NCBI GenBank assembly: GCA_965283875.1
Contig: CBDIQC010000002.1
Coordinates: 189,839-253,838, forward strand
Reading direction: 5' to 3'
DNA from: an uncultured Elusimicrobia bacterium
GTDB taxonomy: Bacteria > Elusimicrobiota > Elusimicrobia > UBA1565 > UBA9628
Length of the DNA: 64,000 bases
Below the pieces are notes generated by a model. The model was given only the letters and a program-made list of their open reading frames with translations. It ran no database searches and was not told the origin of the DNA. Position 1 is the stretch's first letter; the number at the start of each line of letters is the position of its first letter. A program made the translations under genes and the position numbers. Of the stretch, positions 29,719-39,167 are shown in pieces.

Positions 29719-31370
29719 AGCCCGGCGCGCACGCGCCAGCCGGCTTTCGCGATGGGCATGCGCCGGCCTACGCCGAACGCCTTGGAGGAGATCTTCAGGC
29801 CCGGGGGCGCCTGGCGGCGCTTGAACTCGGACCAGTCCATGCGGTCGAGCAAGGTCTCGGCGGTTTTGCGGTCGCCGACGAGTTTGGCGACGCGGCCGGG
29901 CTCCAGGCGGTCCTGCACCCAGGCCTCGAGCGCGTCATCGACCTGGTCGTAGGGCGGCAGGTCGTCCTGGTCTTTTTGACCGGGCTTGAGCTCGGCCGAC
30001 GGGGCCTTGTCGATGGAGGAGGCGGGCACGACCTGGCGGCCCTCGTTGAGCCAGCGCGCGAGGTCATAGACGAGGCGTTTGGGGCAGTCGGCCAGCGGGG
30101 CCAACGCGCCGCACATGTCGCCGTACAGCGTGCAGTAGCCCACGGCCAGCTCGCTTTTATTGCCGGTCGTCAGGACGAAGCCGCGGTGCGCCTTATTGGC
30201 CAGGCCCATCAAGATGACGCCGCGCGCGCGCGCCTGCAGGTTCTGCTCGGCCAGGTCGGGCGAGCCCTGGCCCCAGTCCGAGCCGAGCGCGCCCACCAGC
30301 GCCTGATAAACCGGCGCGATGGGCGCCGAGCGCAGCTCGATGCCGAGGTTCTGGGCCAGAGCGCGGGCGTCATCGACGCTGCCCTTGGACGAATACGCCG
30401 ACGGCATGGACACGCCGACCACGCGGTGCGGGCCCAGCGCGCGCACGGCCAGCGCCGCGACCACGGCGGAATCGATGCCGCCCGACAGCCCGATGAAGGC
30501 CGTCTGCAGCCCGCATTTGGCGGCGAAGTCCTTGATGCCGAGCGTGAGGATCTCGCCCACCTGGCCGATGGAGGACGGCTCGGGCGCCAGCGAGGCGCCT
30601 TCCCAGGTATCCGCGTCGATGACGAGCAGGTCGGTCGCGGCGAAGGCGGCGCGCGCGCGCAGCTTGCCTTTGGCGTCGTAGGCCAGGCTGCCGCCGTCGA
30701 AGACGATCTCGTCGTTGCCGCCGACCGCGTTGCAGTAGAACAGCGGGCGCTTCAGGCGTTTGGCGTGGTCGGCGACGAGGCGTTTGCGCGTCTCGGTTTT
30801 GCCGCGCAGGTACGGCGAGGCCGACAGGTTCAAGAGCAGGTCGGCGCCGGCCTTGGCCTGCGCGGCGACGGGGTCCACGTCGTAGAGGCGGCGCGAGGTG
30901 GAGGGGTCGCGCGCCCAGGCGTCCTCGCAGATGGTGACGCCGAGTTTGCGCCCGCCCCAGGCGATGGGGCGGTTGTGCTCGGCCGGCTCGAAGTAACGCG
31001 CCTCGTCGAAGACGTCGTAGGTGGGCAGCAAGGTCTTGTGGCGCACGGCCACCACCTTGCCCTCGTGCAGCAGCGCCGCGGAGTTGCGCGCGGGTTTGCC
31101 GACCTTGCCCGCGCTGCGCGACACGAAGCCCACCAGCGCGGCGGTGCCGCGCACCTTCTTGGCGAGCGCGGCCAGCGCCTTCTCGTTGGCCTCGGCGAAG
31201 CCGCGCTCCTCCCACAGATCGAGCGCGGGGTAGCCGCCGAGCGTCTGCTCCGGGAACACGGCCAGGCGCGCGCCGCGGCGCGACGCCTCGTCGAGGGCGG
31301 ACAACACGCGTTCGGAGTTGCCGCGCAGGTCGCCGACCGTGGCGTCCACCTGCGCGAGCGCGACGCGCAT
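29715..31370 (-). CDS. nadE: Glutamine-dependent NAD+ synthetase
   Basis: I chose the ATG at 31370 inside ORF 29715..31634. The product starts [15 protein letters not shown] (CN-hydrolase domain) and contains GLSGGIDSAV (the PP-loop of NAD synthase). Confidence 0.95.
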   Translation of the reverse strand: MRVALAQVDATVGDLRGNSERVLSALDEASRRGARLAVFPEQTLGGYPALDLWEERGFAEANEKALAALAKKVRGTAALVGFVSRSAGKVGKPARNSAALLHEGKVVAVRHKTLLPTYDVFDEARYFEPAEHNRPIAWGGRKLGVTICEDAWARDPSTSRRLYDVDPVAAQAKAGADLLLNLSASPYLRGKTETRKRLVADHAKRLKRPLFYCNAVGGNDEIVFDGGSLAYDAKGKLRARAAFAATDLLVIDADTWEGASLAPEPSSIGQVGEILTLGIKDFAAKCGLQTAFIGLSGGIDSAVVAALAVRALGPHRVVGVSMPSAYSSKGSVDDARALAQNLGIELRSAPIAPVYQALVGALGSDWGQGSPDLAEQNLQARARGVILMGLANKAHRGFVLTTGNKSELAVGYCTLYGDMCGALAPLADCPKRLVYDLARWLNEGRQVVPASSIDKAPSAELKPGQKDQDDLPPYDQVDDALEAWVQDRLEPGRVAKLVGDRKTAETLLDRMDWSEFKRRQAPPGLKISSKAFGVGRRMPIAKAGWRVRAGL

Positions 31371-31801
31371 CAGGACCCGGCCGCGCGGCAGGCGGCGGCG
31401 AAGGCTTCGCCGGCGCCCATGTATTTGGCCTCGATGGCCTCCTGCACGGCCGACTCGACGGGCGCGCCGGCCATGTGGCAGACGCGCGCGATGCCTTCCA
31501 TCGCCCAGGTCATCATCTCGGAGGGGTCGAGGTTCACGTCGGCGGACACGGCGGCGATCTCGCCGAGCAGAGCGATGGCGATGGGCGGCAGGTCCTTGCC
31601 GAGCAGCAAGGCGCCGCCCATCACGCCTTTGCACACGTCGGTGACCGTTTTATGGGGGTCCTGCTTGTTGTGCGTGCTGGTGACCCCGGTGACGATCATC
31701 TTGCGCGCGATCTCGGCGGCGGCGGCGGGCACGTCGGAGACCTCGGCGAAGCGGGTCGAGACGATGTCCTTGGAGAGCTGCTCGAAATCGAAGGCGTCCA
31801 T
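31370..31801 (-). CDS. Hypothetical 143-aa protein, translationally coupled to nadE
   Basis: The ATG at 31801 has TATAAT 6 nt upstream (31813-31808 on the minus strand). Its stop overlaps the nadE start in a TGATG arrangement. GC3 is high and I recognise no motif. Confidence 0.6.
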   Translation of the reverse strand: MDAFDFEQLSKDIVSTRFAEVSDVPAAAAEIARKMIVTGVTSTHNKQDPHKTVTDVCKGVMGGALLLGKDLPPIAIALLGEIAAVSADVNLDPSEMMTWAMEGIARVCHMAGAPVESAVQEAIEAKYMGAGEAFAAACRAAGS

Positions 31802-31831
31802 GCCGCGATTATACAACAGGCGCAAGGAGCC

Positions 31832-31860
31832 TTGCGCCACCCCCTCCGCAGGGTTATACT
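31832..31860 (+). promoter_or_regulatory. Promoter of the pilin-like operon (TTGCGC-17-TATACT)
   Basis: TTGCGC lies at 31832-31837 and TATACT at 31855-31860. AGGAGG sits 7 nt before the ATG at 31897. Confidence 0.55.
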
Positions 31861-31896
31861 CCCTGCACCGCCGTCTCTCGCGGTCAGGAGGCTCAA

Positions 31897-32328
31897 ATGC
31901 CCATCCGCCGCGCTCGGGACGCTCGTTCCGGCTTCACCCTCATCGAGCTGTTGGTCGTCGTGCTCATCATCGGCATCCTCGCCGCCATCGCGGTGCCGCA
32001 GTACTTCAAGGTCGTCGAGAAAGGAAAGTTCGCCGAGACCATGCAGTGGATCAACGGCATCAAGGGCGCGCAGGAGCGGTACCTCGCCAAAAACGGCGTG
32101 TATTTCTCCGGCACCATCGCCGCGGGCACGTTCGACGCGAACATGGGCACCTTGGGCAAGTTCACGGCCGGCGCGGTGACGACCACCGCCACGCCGTCGT
32201 GGTCCATCACCATGGTCCGCAACACGCCGTGCCCCGCCGTTTACGGCTGCTACACCGTGACCTATGTGTCGCCTCCCGGCACCATCTCCTGCAGCAGCAC
32301 CGACTGCTCCCAAGACCTGCTTCCCTAA
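31897..32328 (+). CDS. Type IV pilin-like / pseudopilin protein (prepilin N-terminal cleavage-methylation domain)
   Basis: 143 aa starting [27 protein letters not shown], a class III signal. A strong SD sequence precedes the start. Confidence 0.85.
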   Translation: MPIRRARDARSGFTLIELLVVVLIIGILAAIAVPQYFKVVEKGKFAETMQWINGIKGAQERYLAKNGVYFSGTIAAGTFDANMGTLGKFTAGAVTTTATPSWSITMVRNTPCPAVYGCYTVTYVSPPGTISCSSTDCSQDLLP

Positions 32329-32338
32329 CGGCGCCCGC

Positions 32339-33511
32339 ATGCGGCGCCTGACGGCGCGGCTCGCGCTCGCGGTCGCGCTCGCGGGCGCGGGCTGCGCGAC
32401 GACGCCGCCTAAGCCGACGTCGGTGGACCACGGGATGCTGGTGGCGCGCGTCAACGTGCGCGGCGCGGTGTTCGGCTTCACCCGCGACGTGGCGACCTTC
32501 GGCGTCGTCGCGAAGCTGGGCGCCGACGGGCGGCCGCAGGACGGGCCGGGCGCGGCGTCGGGCTTCGCCAAGGACGGCTACTTCTATTTCTTCGACCTCC
32601 CCCCCGGGCGCTACGCGCTGCTATCGGCGGGCTTCTACGCGCGCGGCACGCGTTACCGCGTCGTGCTGCCCGAGGCGGACCTGGGCAAACGCGCCGTGGA
32701 CCTGAAGGCCGGCGGCACGGCGTTCCTCGGCGCCTACGAGCTCGACGGACGTTTCCCGGACTTCGTGGAGGCGGTGGACCGCGCGGCCGCCGTCGTCGGC
32801 CGCCTGCTGACCTTCTTCCTCGCGCACCCGCCGCTGCCGCGCGACGCGGACCTTCGCAGCCTGGACCAGGCGCCCGCGGCCGAAGGCAAGGCGATGCTCT
32901 CCGCGCGCACGGCGCTGGCCGGCACGTTGTGGTACCCGCTCGCCTCCGAACGCGTCCGCGCCCTGGGCACGCCGGAGCCCGCGGCGCTGGGCGGCGGCCT
33001 GCGCCCCAAGCCGCTCGAGCTGCGCCAGGAGCCCTTCTTCGCCTGGCGCGACGTGTTGGAATGGGGCGAGCCCATCCGCCTGGAGAACGGCCTCGAATGG
33101 CGCCATAAGGACGGCGTCGCGCGCGCGGCCGTGTGGTTCACCACCGCCTCGGCCAAGGGTTTCCGCGGCTGGGACGCGGCGGTGCGCGAGCTGCGCGCGG
33201 CGACCGTCTTGGACGGGCCGGCGCGCCTGGAGGAGGTGCGCGTCTCCACGCGCACGGGGCTGGCCGGCCGCGCCAAACGTTACCTCTACCCGGAGGGCAC
33301 CTTGGTGGGCAGCGAGCGGCGCGTCTCCGTCACCGAGACCGTGCTCGTGCCCGACGGCAGCGGCCTCTACACCGCGCGCCTGCGCGCCGACGAGAAGCAG
33401 TTCGAGGAGGCGCTGCCGCGTTTCCGCCGCCTGCTCGAGCAGCTCGTGCTCGGCCCGCCGCCGCCGAAGGCGCCGCCCAAGCAGGACACCTTGCTCTTCT
33501 ACCCCGAATGA
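32339..33511 (+). CDS. Hypothetical lipoprotein
   Basis: The ATG at 32339 gives MRRLTARLALAVALAGAGC, a signal peptide with a lipobox. GYFYFFDLPPGRYAL suggests a beta-sandwich segment. Confidence 0.65.
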   Translation: MRRLTARLALAVALAGAGCATTPPKPTSVDHGMLVARVNVRGAVFGFTRDVATFGVVAKLGADGRPQDGPGAASGFAKDGYFYFFDLPPGRYALLSAGFYARGTRYRVVLPEADLGKRAVDLKAGGTAFLGAYELDGRFPDFVEAVDRAAAVVGRLLTFFLAHPPLPRDADLRSLDQAPAAEGKAMLSARTALAGTLWYPLASERVRALGTPEPAALGGGLRPKPLELRQEPFFAWRDVLEWGEPIRLENGLEWRHKDGVARAAVWFTTASAKGFRGWDAAVRELRAATVLDGPARLEEVRVSTRTGLAGRAKRYLYPEGTLVGSERRVSVTETVLVPDGSGLYTARLRADEKQFEEALPRFRRLLEQLVLGPPPPKAPPKQDTLLFYPE

Positions 33512-34026
33512 GCGACCCGACGGAGCGCCGCTCCGCGACGCGCTTCATCACCATGCTGCCGCTCGTCATCCTCGACGAGGCGGGCAAGGTGCTCGACCCC
33601 ACCGCCACCGCGCACGACCTCACGACCGCGGGCTTCAAAGGCGAGCTCATCTACGACATGAAGGAGGGCGAGAGCTTCCTGTTCTCCCTCGAGCTCTCCG
33701 ACGGCAAGCCGCCCGTGCGCGGCGGCGCGCGCGCGATGTGGGCCAAACGCGAAGGTTACGCCTGCTGGGTCGGCGCGCAGATCACGAGCCTGTCCTGGGG
33801 CGACAAGCGCCGCCTGCGCGCCGCGCTCGCGCCGCCCGGCGTGTCCTGGGGTCCCATCGCGGGGCAGTTCTTCAACGCGCTGGTCTGGATCGTCGTCGTG
33901 CTGGCCCTGCAGCGGCTGCTGTTCCACGGCTCGCTGCGGCGGCAGGCGTTTTTCGACCTCATCCCGAGCCTGTTCGCGCTCGGCGTGATGGGGTGGGCGC
34001 TGCTCAGCTTCTTAAAGAAGCGTTAG
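33508..34026 (+). CDS. PilZ-like domain protein with C-terminal TM helices
   Basis: The ATG at 33508 forms an ATGA overlap with the upstream stop. RRSATRF fits RxxxR and DLTTAGF fits D-x-[ST]-x-x-G. Two hydrophobic helices lie at the C-terminus. Confidence 0.6.
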   Translation: MSDPTERRSATRFITMLPLVILDEAGKVLDPTATAHDLTTAGFKGELIYDMKEGESFLFSLELSDGKPPVRGGARAMWAKREGYACWVGAQITSLSWGDKRRLRAALAPPGVSWGPIAGQFFNALVWIVVVLALQRLLFHGSLRRQAFFDLIPSLFALGVMGWALLSFLKKR

Positions 34027-34898
34027 AAGCCTTCCCGGCAACGCGGGTTCATCGCGTCGCGCAGGAACAGGCGCGGGCCGGTCGGCTTGAGCGCGAAGCC
34101 CCAGCGCTCGTGGCCCCACAGCGGCTCCTGCGGCGTGTAGGCGAGCAGGAAGGGCTGGCCTTTGCCGCTGGGGTCGTAGATGACGAAGCGCAGCAAGGCC
34201 GTCTCGGTCATCAGGTCGTGGGGCATCTCCACGCAGCCGCCGAGCAGGCGGTCGGCGTGCGCCAGGCGCAGGCAGCGGCGGTAGGCCGAGGAAACCTGCG
34301 CCCCGGTCACGAGCGCGACCGTGTCCTTGAGCCCGGCGAGCGCGACGGGCGCCGACCAGTCGATCTTGAGCGCGATGAGCTCGGGTTTGGGGTCGGCGAG
34401 GAAGGCGGCGGCGCCTTCGTCGTCGGGCTTGAAGCGGTAGGCGCCTTCCTTGGCCTCGGCGGCGGCCGCGGCGCGCAGCGCGGGCATCAGGCGCTGGTAG
34501 AGCGGCTCGTCGGTCGCGTTGGGCAGGGCCTTATACACCGCGCGCGAGCCCTTCAGCGAGAAATCGTCGGCCACCTTCACCGCGATGACCGGCGCGCCCA
34601 CCGCGGAGCGCGGCCCTTTGAGCAGGCCGGCGCGCAGGCGCACGGGTTTGTTGGAGCGGCACGCGCCGCCGTAGGTCGGCGAGGAGCGGGCCAGCGAGAA
34701 AAGCCCGGCGCCTTCGTCGCCCACGACCAGGAAGGTGCCGCCGGGGGCCAGCGCCGCGGCGCCCCCCTTCTTGACCGTTTTGTCGAAGACGGCCCACTGC
34801 GCGCCGACGTCGTAAACCGGGAAGATGCCGCGCGCGCCGTATTCGTCCTGGGCGGCGGCGGGAGCGGCCAACACGGCGGCGAGCAGAAGGGCGCGCAT
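34023..34898 (-). CDS. Hypothetical secreted protein
   Basis: 291 aa with signal peptide MRALLLAAVLAAPAAAQ and high GC3. Confidence 0.55.
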   Translation of the reverse strand: MRALLLAAVLAAPAAAQDEYGARGIFPVYDVGAQWAVFDKTVKKGGAAALAPGGTFLVVGDEGAGLFSLARSSPTYGGACRSNKPVRLRAGLLKGPRSAVGAPVIAVKVADDFSLKGSRAVYKALPNATDEPLYQRLMPALRAAAAAEAKEGAYRFKPDDEGAAAFLADPKPELIALKIDWSAPVALAGLKDTVALVTGAQVSSAYRRCLRLAHADRLLGGCVEMPHDLMTETALLRFVIYDPSGKGQPFLLAYTPQEPLWGHERWGFALKPTGPRLFLRDAMNPRCREGF

Positions 34899-34911
34899 GC
34901 GCGTGAGGATA

Positions 34912-35829
34912 TCAAATCCCGGCGGGCAGGTTCAGGTCGCGCGGCGCGGGGCGCCAGCGCGGCGGCAGCTCGGCCTCGGTCCAGCGCGCGAGCTCGGCGC
35001 CGCTGAGCGCGTCGAAAAGCACGGCGCCTTCGCCAGGCGTGATGACGGCGGCCCGCGCGTAGTCGGCGCTATAAACGATGGCCGTGCCCGTGCCGGGGTG
35101 GATGAGCCCTTCGGCCTCCCAGCGCGCGAAGTGGCGCCAGGCCCAGGATTCCCCCTCGTGCAGGACGAACCACACGCCGTCGTCGCGCACCCACCAGCGG
35201 CCGCGGTGGCGCAGCCACGGCGCGCGTTCGGCGTCGGGCAGGGCCCACCAGCGCCGCTCCAGGCGCGCCAGCCACAGCCACGCGTCGTCGAGCGCCAGGC
35301 CGCGGCCGATGCCGGCGTGGTAGAAGCGCCCCTCCTGCTCGCCGTGCCAGTGCCCGTCGCGTTTGCGGCAGGGCGGCGCGGGCGCGGCCGGGTCCACGGT
35401 CTCGAGCCAGCGCAGCGGCGCCTCGGTCCAGCGCGCGGGTTTGCCGTCGGGTTTGGCCAGCGGCTGGCGCGGGGACAGCTGGGCGAGCGTGGGCCCCGCG
35501 ACGTCGCCGGGCGGGCGGATGGCGTAGGGCCCCAGCGCGCGGTCCAGGCGGATGGGTTTGAAACGCGGCGGGCGGCGCGCGCGTTGCGCCGCGAACGGGC
35601 GCGCGCCGCGGTCGTGGCGACGCACGTCGACCTCGACTGGCAGGCGCGGGCGCGTGGCGTTCTGTGCGTGGAGGTGAATCGCGGGGCGCGCGTGTGTGGC
35701 GCGCGGAGTGCGGTCGAGGACGGTCACGGCCGTGAACGCACGCATGCTGTCGTGCGGAGCGTCTGCGGCGGCGGACGTCGCGAGCGCGAGGCTGAGCGCG
35801 AGGAGCGTCGCGAGCATTTCGGGACACAT
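34912..35829 (-). CDS. Hypothetical secreted protein
   Basis: 305 aa with signal-like MLATLLALSLALATSAAADA and a Trp-rich C-terminal half. The frame stays open upstream, so the true start is unresolved. Confidence 0.5.
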   Translation of the reverse strand: MCPEMLATLLALSLALATSAAADAPHDSMRAFTAVTVLDRTPRATHARPAIHLHAQNATRPRLPVEVDVRRHDRGARPFAAQRARRPPRFKPIRLDRALGPYAIRPPGDVAGPTLAQLSPRQPLAKPDGKPARWTEAPLRWLETVDPAAPAPPCRKRDGHWHGEQEGRFYHAGIGRGLALDDAWLWLARLERRWWALPDAERAPWLRHRGRWWVRDDGVWFVLHEGESWAWRHFARWEAEGLIHPGTGTAIVYSADYARAAVITPGEGAVLFDALSGAELARWTEAELPPRWRPAPRDLNLPAGI

Positions 35830-36300
35830 AATAGTACCTCTTGAGGACGGTCGCGCGTTGGGACGAAGGTCGTCCGGAACTCGCGCGCCGCGGCGCCGAA
35901 CCGGCTTCGGGCGCGGCCCCGCCCTCCGGCCAATGGGCGGCCAGCGGCGGCAGGGCCAGCATCGGGGTGAAAGGGCTCGGCTCGGCGGGCGCGTCGCGCA
36001 GCTGCTCGTCGGCGGCGGGCGCGGCCGCTTCCGGCGCGGCGTCCTCTTGGTGCCCGCCGTCGGCGGGCGAGGCGCCGGCGTAGAGGCGGGGGCCGGCGCG
36101 GCCGGGTCCGGGCCGCAGGGGGTCCGGTCCGTGCGTCTCGCGCCAGGCCAGCGCCAGCGCGGCGAGCATCGCCGCGGCCAACGCCGCCTCGCGCCGCGAG
36201 AGGGAACGCGGCCTCATACGCCGACGATACCCCCGCGGGCTCTCCGTCGTCAGGGCCGGCGGGCCCACCCGCGAGGTAGGACGAAGGGCCTAACCATGAC

Positions 36301-36329
36301 TTGCGGCTGTAACAGGCCTCCCCTATACT
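36301..36329 (+). promoter_or_regulatory. Promoter TTGCGG-17-TATACT, 8 nt before the ATG at 36338
   Basis: TTGCGG lies at 36301-36306 and TATACT at 36324-36329, with a 17-nt spacer. Confidence 0.55.
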
Positions 36330-36337
36330 CGAAGGGC

Positions 36338-39167
36338 ATGGACCCGTACCACGCCTGGAAAGACGACTTCCGCCGGGAGGTCGAAGACGTCATCGCCCAG
36401 CGCCGCCAGGCTCCCGCCTCGACGGAGCCGGCCCCTTCGGAGGGCTTCGGCGGGCGTTGGGCCGACCTCATCGTCCCCCCCGCGGGCGCCTACGCCGAGC
36501 TGCGCGAGGCGCGCGAGGCGCTCGAGCGCTCCGCCCCCCGCCTGGCCGAGTTGGAGCGCCTGCTGGCCGAGGAGCGTGCGCGCCTGGAAGCCGAGCGCGA
36601 GCGCCGCGAGCGGCTCAAGGAGTTCGACCTGTATGGCCGCGACTGCGCCAGCGCCGACGGCCTGATCGCCGCCGCCGAGGCCGCGGCGGGCCTGCCGATC
36701 GACGTGCTCGGCGCCGATGCTGGCAGCACTCGCGACGGTCCGCGGCGCTGCGGCTGCTGGACGACGGCTGGCGCACGAGCGCCGACGCCACGCCGCCACC
36801 GCCGAGGCGCGCCGCCGCCGCCGCGCCTGCAGGCGCTGCGCGCGCTCGGCGAGCGCGACCGCGCGCTGCTCGACCTCGACGGGGCCGCGGCGACGCTCGA
36901 AGCCGCGCTGCGCGTCGCACTGCGACACCGCGGGCCGCGTCGGCGCCGTCGCGCCTCGAGCGAGGCGCGCGGCGCTGCGCGCCAGTGTCGTGGCCAGCTG
37001 CCAGCGGGCGCTGGCCGCGCTGCGGGCCGCCGAACGCGGCGTGGCGGTCCTGCTGAGCTGCGGCGAGCGCGGGCAACGGGCTGCTACAGCAGCTGACTGT
37101 GCGGCCGCCGAGTACGCCGCCGACCCCGCGCAGGCAGATGGACCTGCGTCACCTAGCGCGCGTGGGCGCGCAGAGTCCTGCGCCGAGAGCGCGCGCGCCG
37201 CCGCGCTGGCACCCCGATTGCTAACGCCTCTCCGCGGAGGCGGCCGAGGCGCGCGAGTTCGCCGACGCCGCGCTGGAGAAGGCGCGCGCGGCGACCGCGG
37301 GCGTCGCCGCCGAACGCGAGCGCCTGCGCGCCGACGCCGAGACCGCCGTGGCGAAGGCCGACGCCGCCCGCGCCGAAGCCCACCGCGTGCTCGAGGCCGC
37401 CCAGCGCCGCGAGAACGAGCTGCTCGCCGAGGTCGCCGAGAAGGAGGAGCGCGCCAAGGCCATCCTCGCCGAGGCGCGCCGCGCCGAGCGCGACGCCGCC
37501 GACCGGGTGCTGGCGCTGGAGCGCAAGGCCGACGACGAGCGCGAGCTGATGGTGCGCGAGGCCCAGCTGCAGGCCAAGGAGGCCCTCGCCTCCCAGCTCG
37601 CCGACGCCGAGGAGCGCGCGCGCCGCGTGGAGCACATCGCCGAGAACGCCCGCCGCGTCGAGGCCGAGGCCATCGTCAAGGCGCGCGACCTGCTGCGCGA
37701 GCTGGCCGAGGGCAAGGAGAAGCTCGAGGCGGAGCGCGCCCGCTCGCGCGAGGCCGAGGCCGCGCGCCGGGCGGAGGCCGACGCGGCCTACGCCGCGGCC
37801 CGCAAGCTCGAGGCCGAGCTGCGCGCCCGCGCCCTCTCCGGCGCGTCGAGCCTCGAGTCCCAGCTCGAGGAGGAGCGCGCGCGCCTGCGCGCCGAGTTCG
37901 AGGAGCGCCGCGCGGAGCTGGAGGCCGCGCTCGACGCCGAGCGCGCGGAGATCCAGCGGCGCTGGCGCGAGCAGGCCGACCTGCTCAAGAAGCCGGACGA
38001 GGACGATGGAAAACAGCCCGGAGCCTAAGGCCGAGGCGCCGCGCGCCGACGTCCCCCCCGCCGCCGCCGGCGACGAGGTGACGGCCGCCTACGAGACCGT
38101 GCGCCTCGAGCTGAAGGTCGAGGAGCTCGAGCGCCGCCTGAAGGCCCGCGCCATCGAGCTCGAGACCGAGATGCGCGGCAAGGAGCGCCTGCGCGAGCGC
38201 GTGGTCGAGCTCACCAAACGCCTCGACGAGCTCCAGGACACCGCCGCGGCCCTGCACCGCGAGGCGACGTCCTCCACGAGCCGCGCGCACGGGTCGATGC
38301 CGACGCGCTGCAGCATGGCCTTGCCGGCATCGATGCCGCGCGCGATCGACCGCGACGGCCGCTGCGAGGCCGCCGAGAAGGCCGCCTGCACTGCGTCCAC
38401 CATGCCCCGTGACGAGGACTGCGAGCGGTTCGTGAAGGGCATGGAGGCGCAGCTCAAGGCCGAGGAGGAAGGACGCAGGTGCGCCGAGGCGGCGCAGGCG
38501 CGCCTGTTCGAACGCTTCGAGCAGAGGTGACGGCCAGCACGAGCTCGCCGGTTCGACGGGTCCGACCTGGGGCTGCGCCATCAGCCGCCGCCCGCGCGGT
38601 GCGCGACGCGTCAGCGCCAGCCGCGGCCGAGGCCGCCGCCGCCGCGTTCGAGGCCGACCTGCGCGCGCGCGCGAGGACACCGCGCACGGCGATGGACAAC
38701 GCCGAGCAGATCCGCCGCGAGGCGTATCCTCGGCGTGCCTGCGACGCCGCAGGCGCGCTTCGAGATCGACGTCGCCGGGCACAAGCGCGACGCCGAGCGC
38801 CTCAAGGCCGAGCTGCGCGAGCGCCCGACCGCGAGCTCGACGAGCTGCGGCGTCGCTCGACGCCGAGCGCGCTCGCCTCTACGCCGACCTCGAGCTCGAG
38901 CGGCGCGCCGCCGAAAGCGCGCGCCGCCGCGCCCCGACCGAGGCGCCCGCGCCGGCCGAGGAGCGCGACGACGCGCGCCGCGAGGAAATCCGCCGCGAGG
39001 CCGACGCCTACCTCAAGCCGGAGCCGGCCGCTCCCCCCGCCATCGTCGAGCCCGACCCGGCGGCGCACCCGCAATGGGACGACGAGATCCGGCTCATGTT
39101 GTGGATCGCCATCGGCGTCGGCCTCATCGCGCTGGCCGTCACCGGCACTTTGCTCGCGAAGGGTTAA
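36338..39167 (+). CDS. Ala/Glu/Arg-rich coiled-coil protein locus (one or several genes) ending in a TM tail anchor; the frame is broken repeatedly as sequenced
   Basis: The N-terminus is MDPYHAWKDDFRREVEDV (36338). A clean coiled-coil frame runs 37225-38028 (..AEKEERAKAILAEARRAERDAADRVLALERKADDEREL..). A further frame covers 38006-38530. The C-terminal frame (38883-39167) ends ..PQWDDEIRLMLWIAIGVGLIALAVTGTLLAKG*. Confidence 0.5.

Noticed and set aside
35833-36268. There is a possible small membrane-anchored protein (MRPRSLSRREAALAAAMLAALALAW..., ATG at 36217, minus strand).
   Set aside because: The start and hydrophobic anchor look plausible. However, the frame never closes; it runs out of frame through the next gene down to 35069. 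It may instead be the 5' part of gene 34912..35829 after an unresolved frame break. The evidence is too uncertain to call as a feature.
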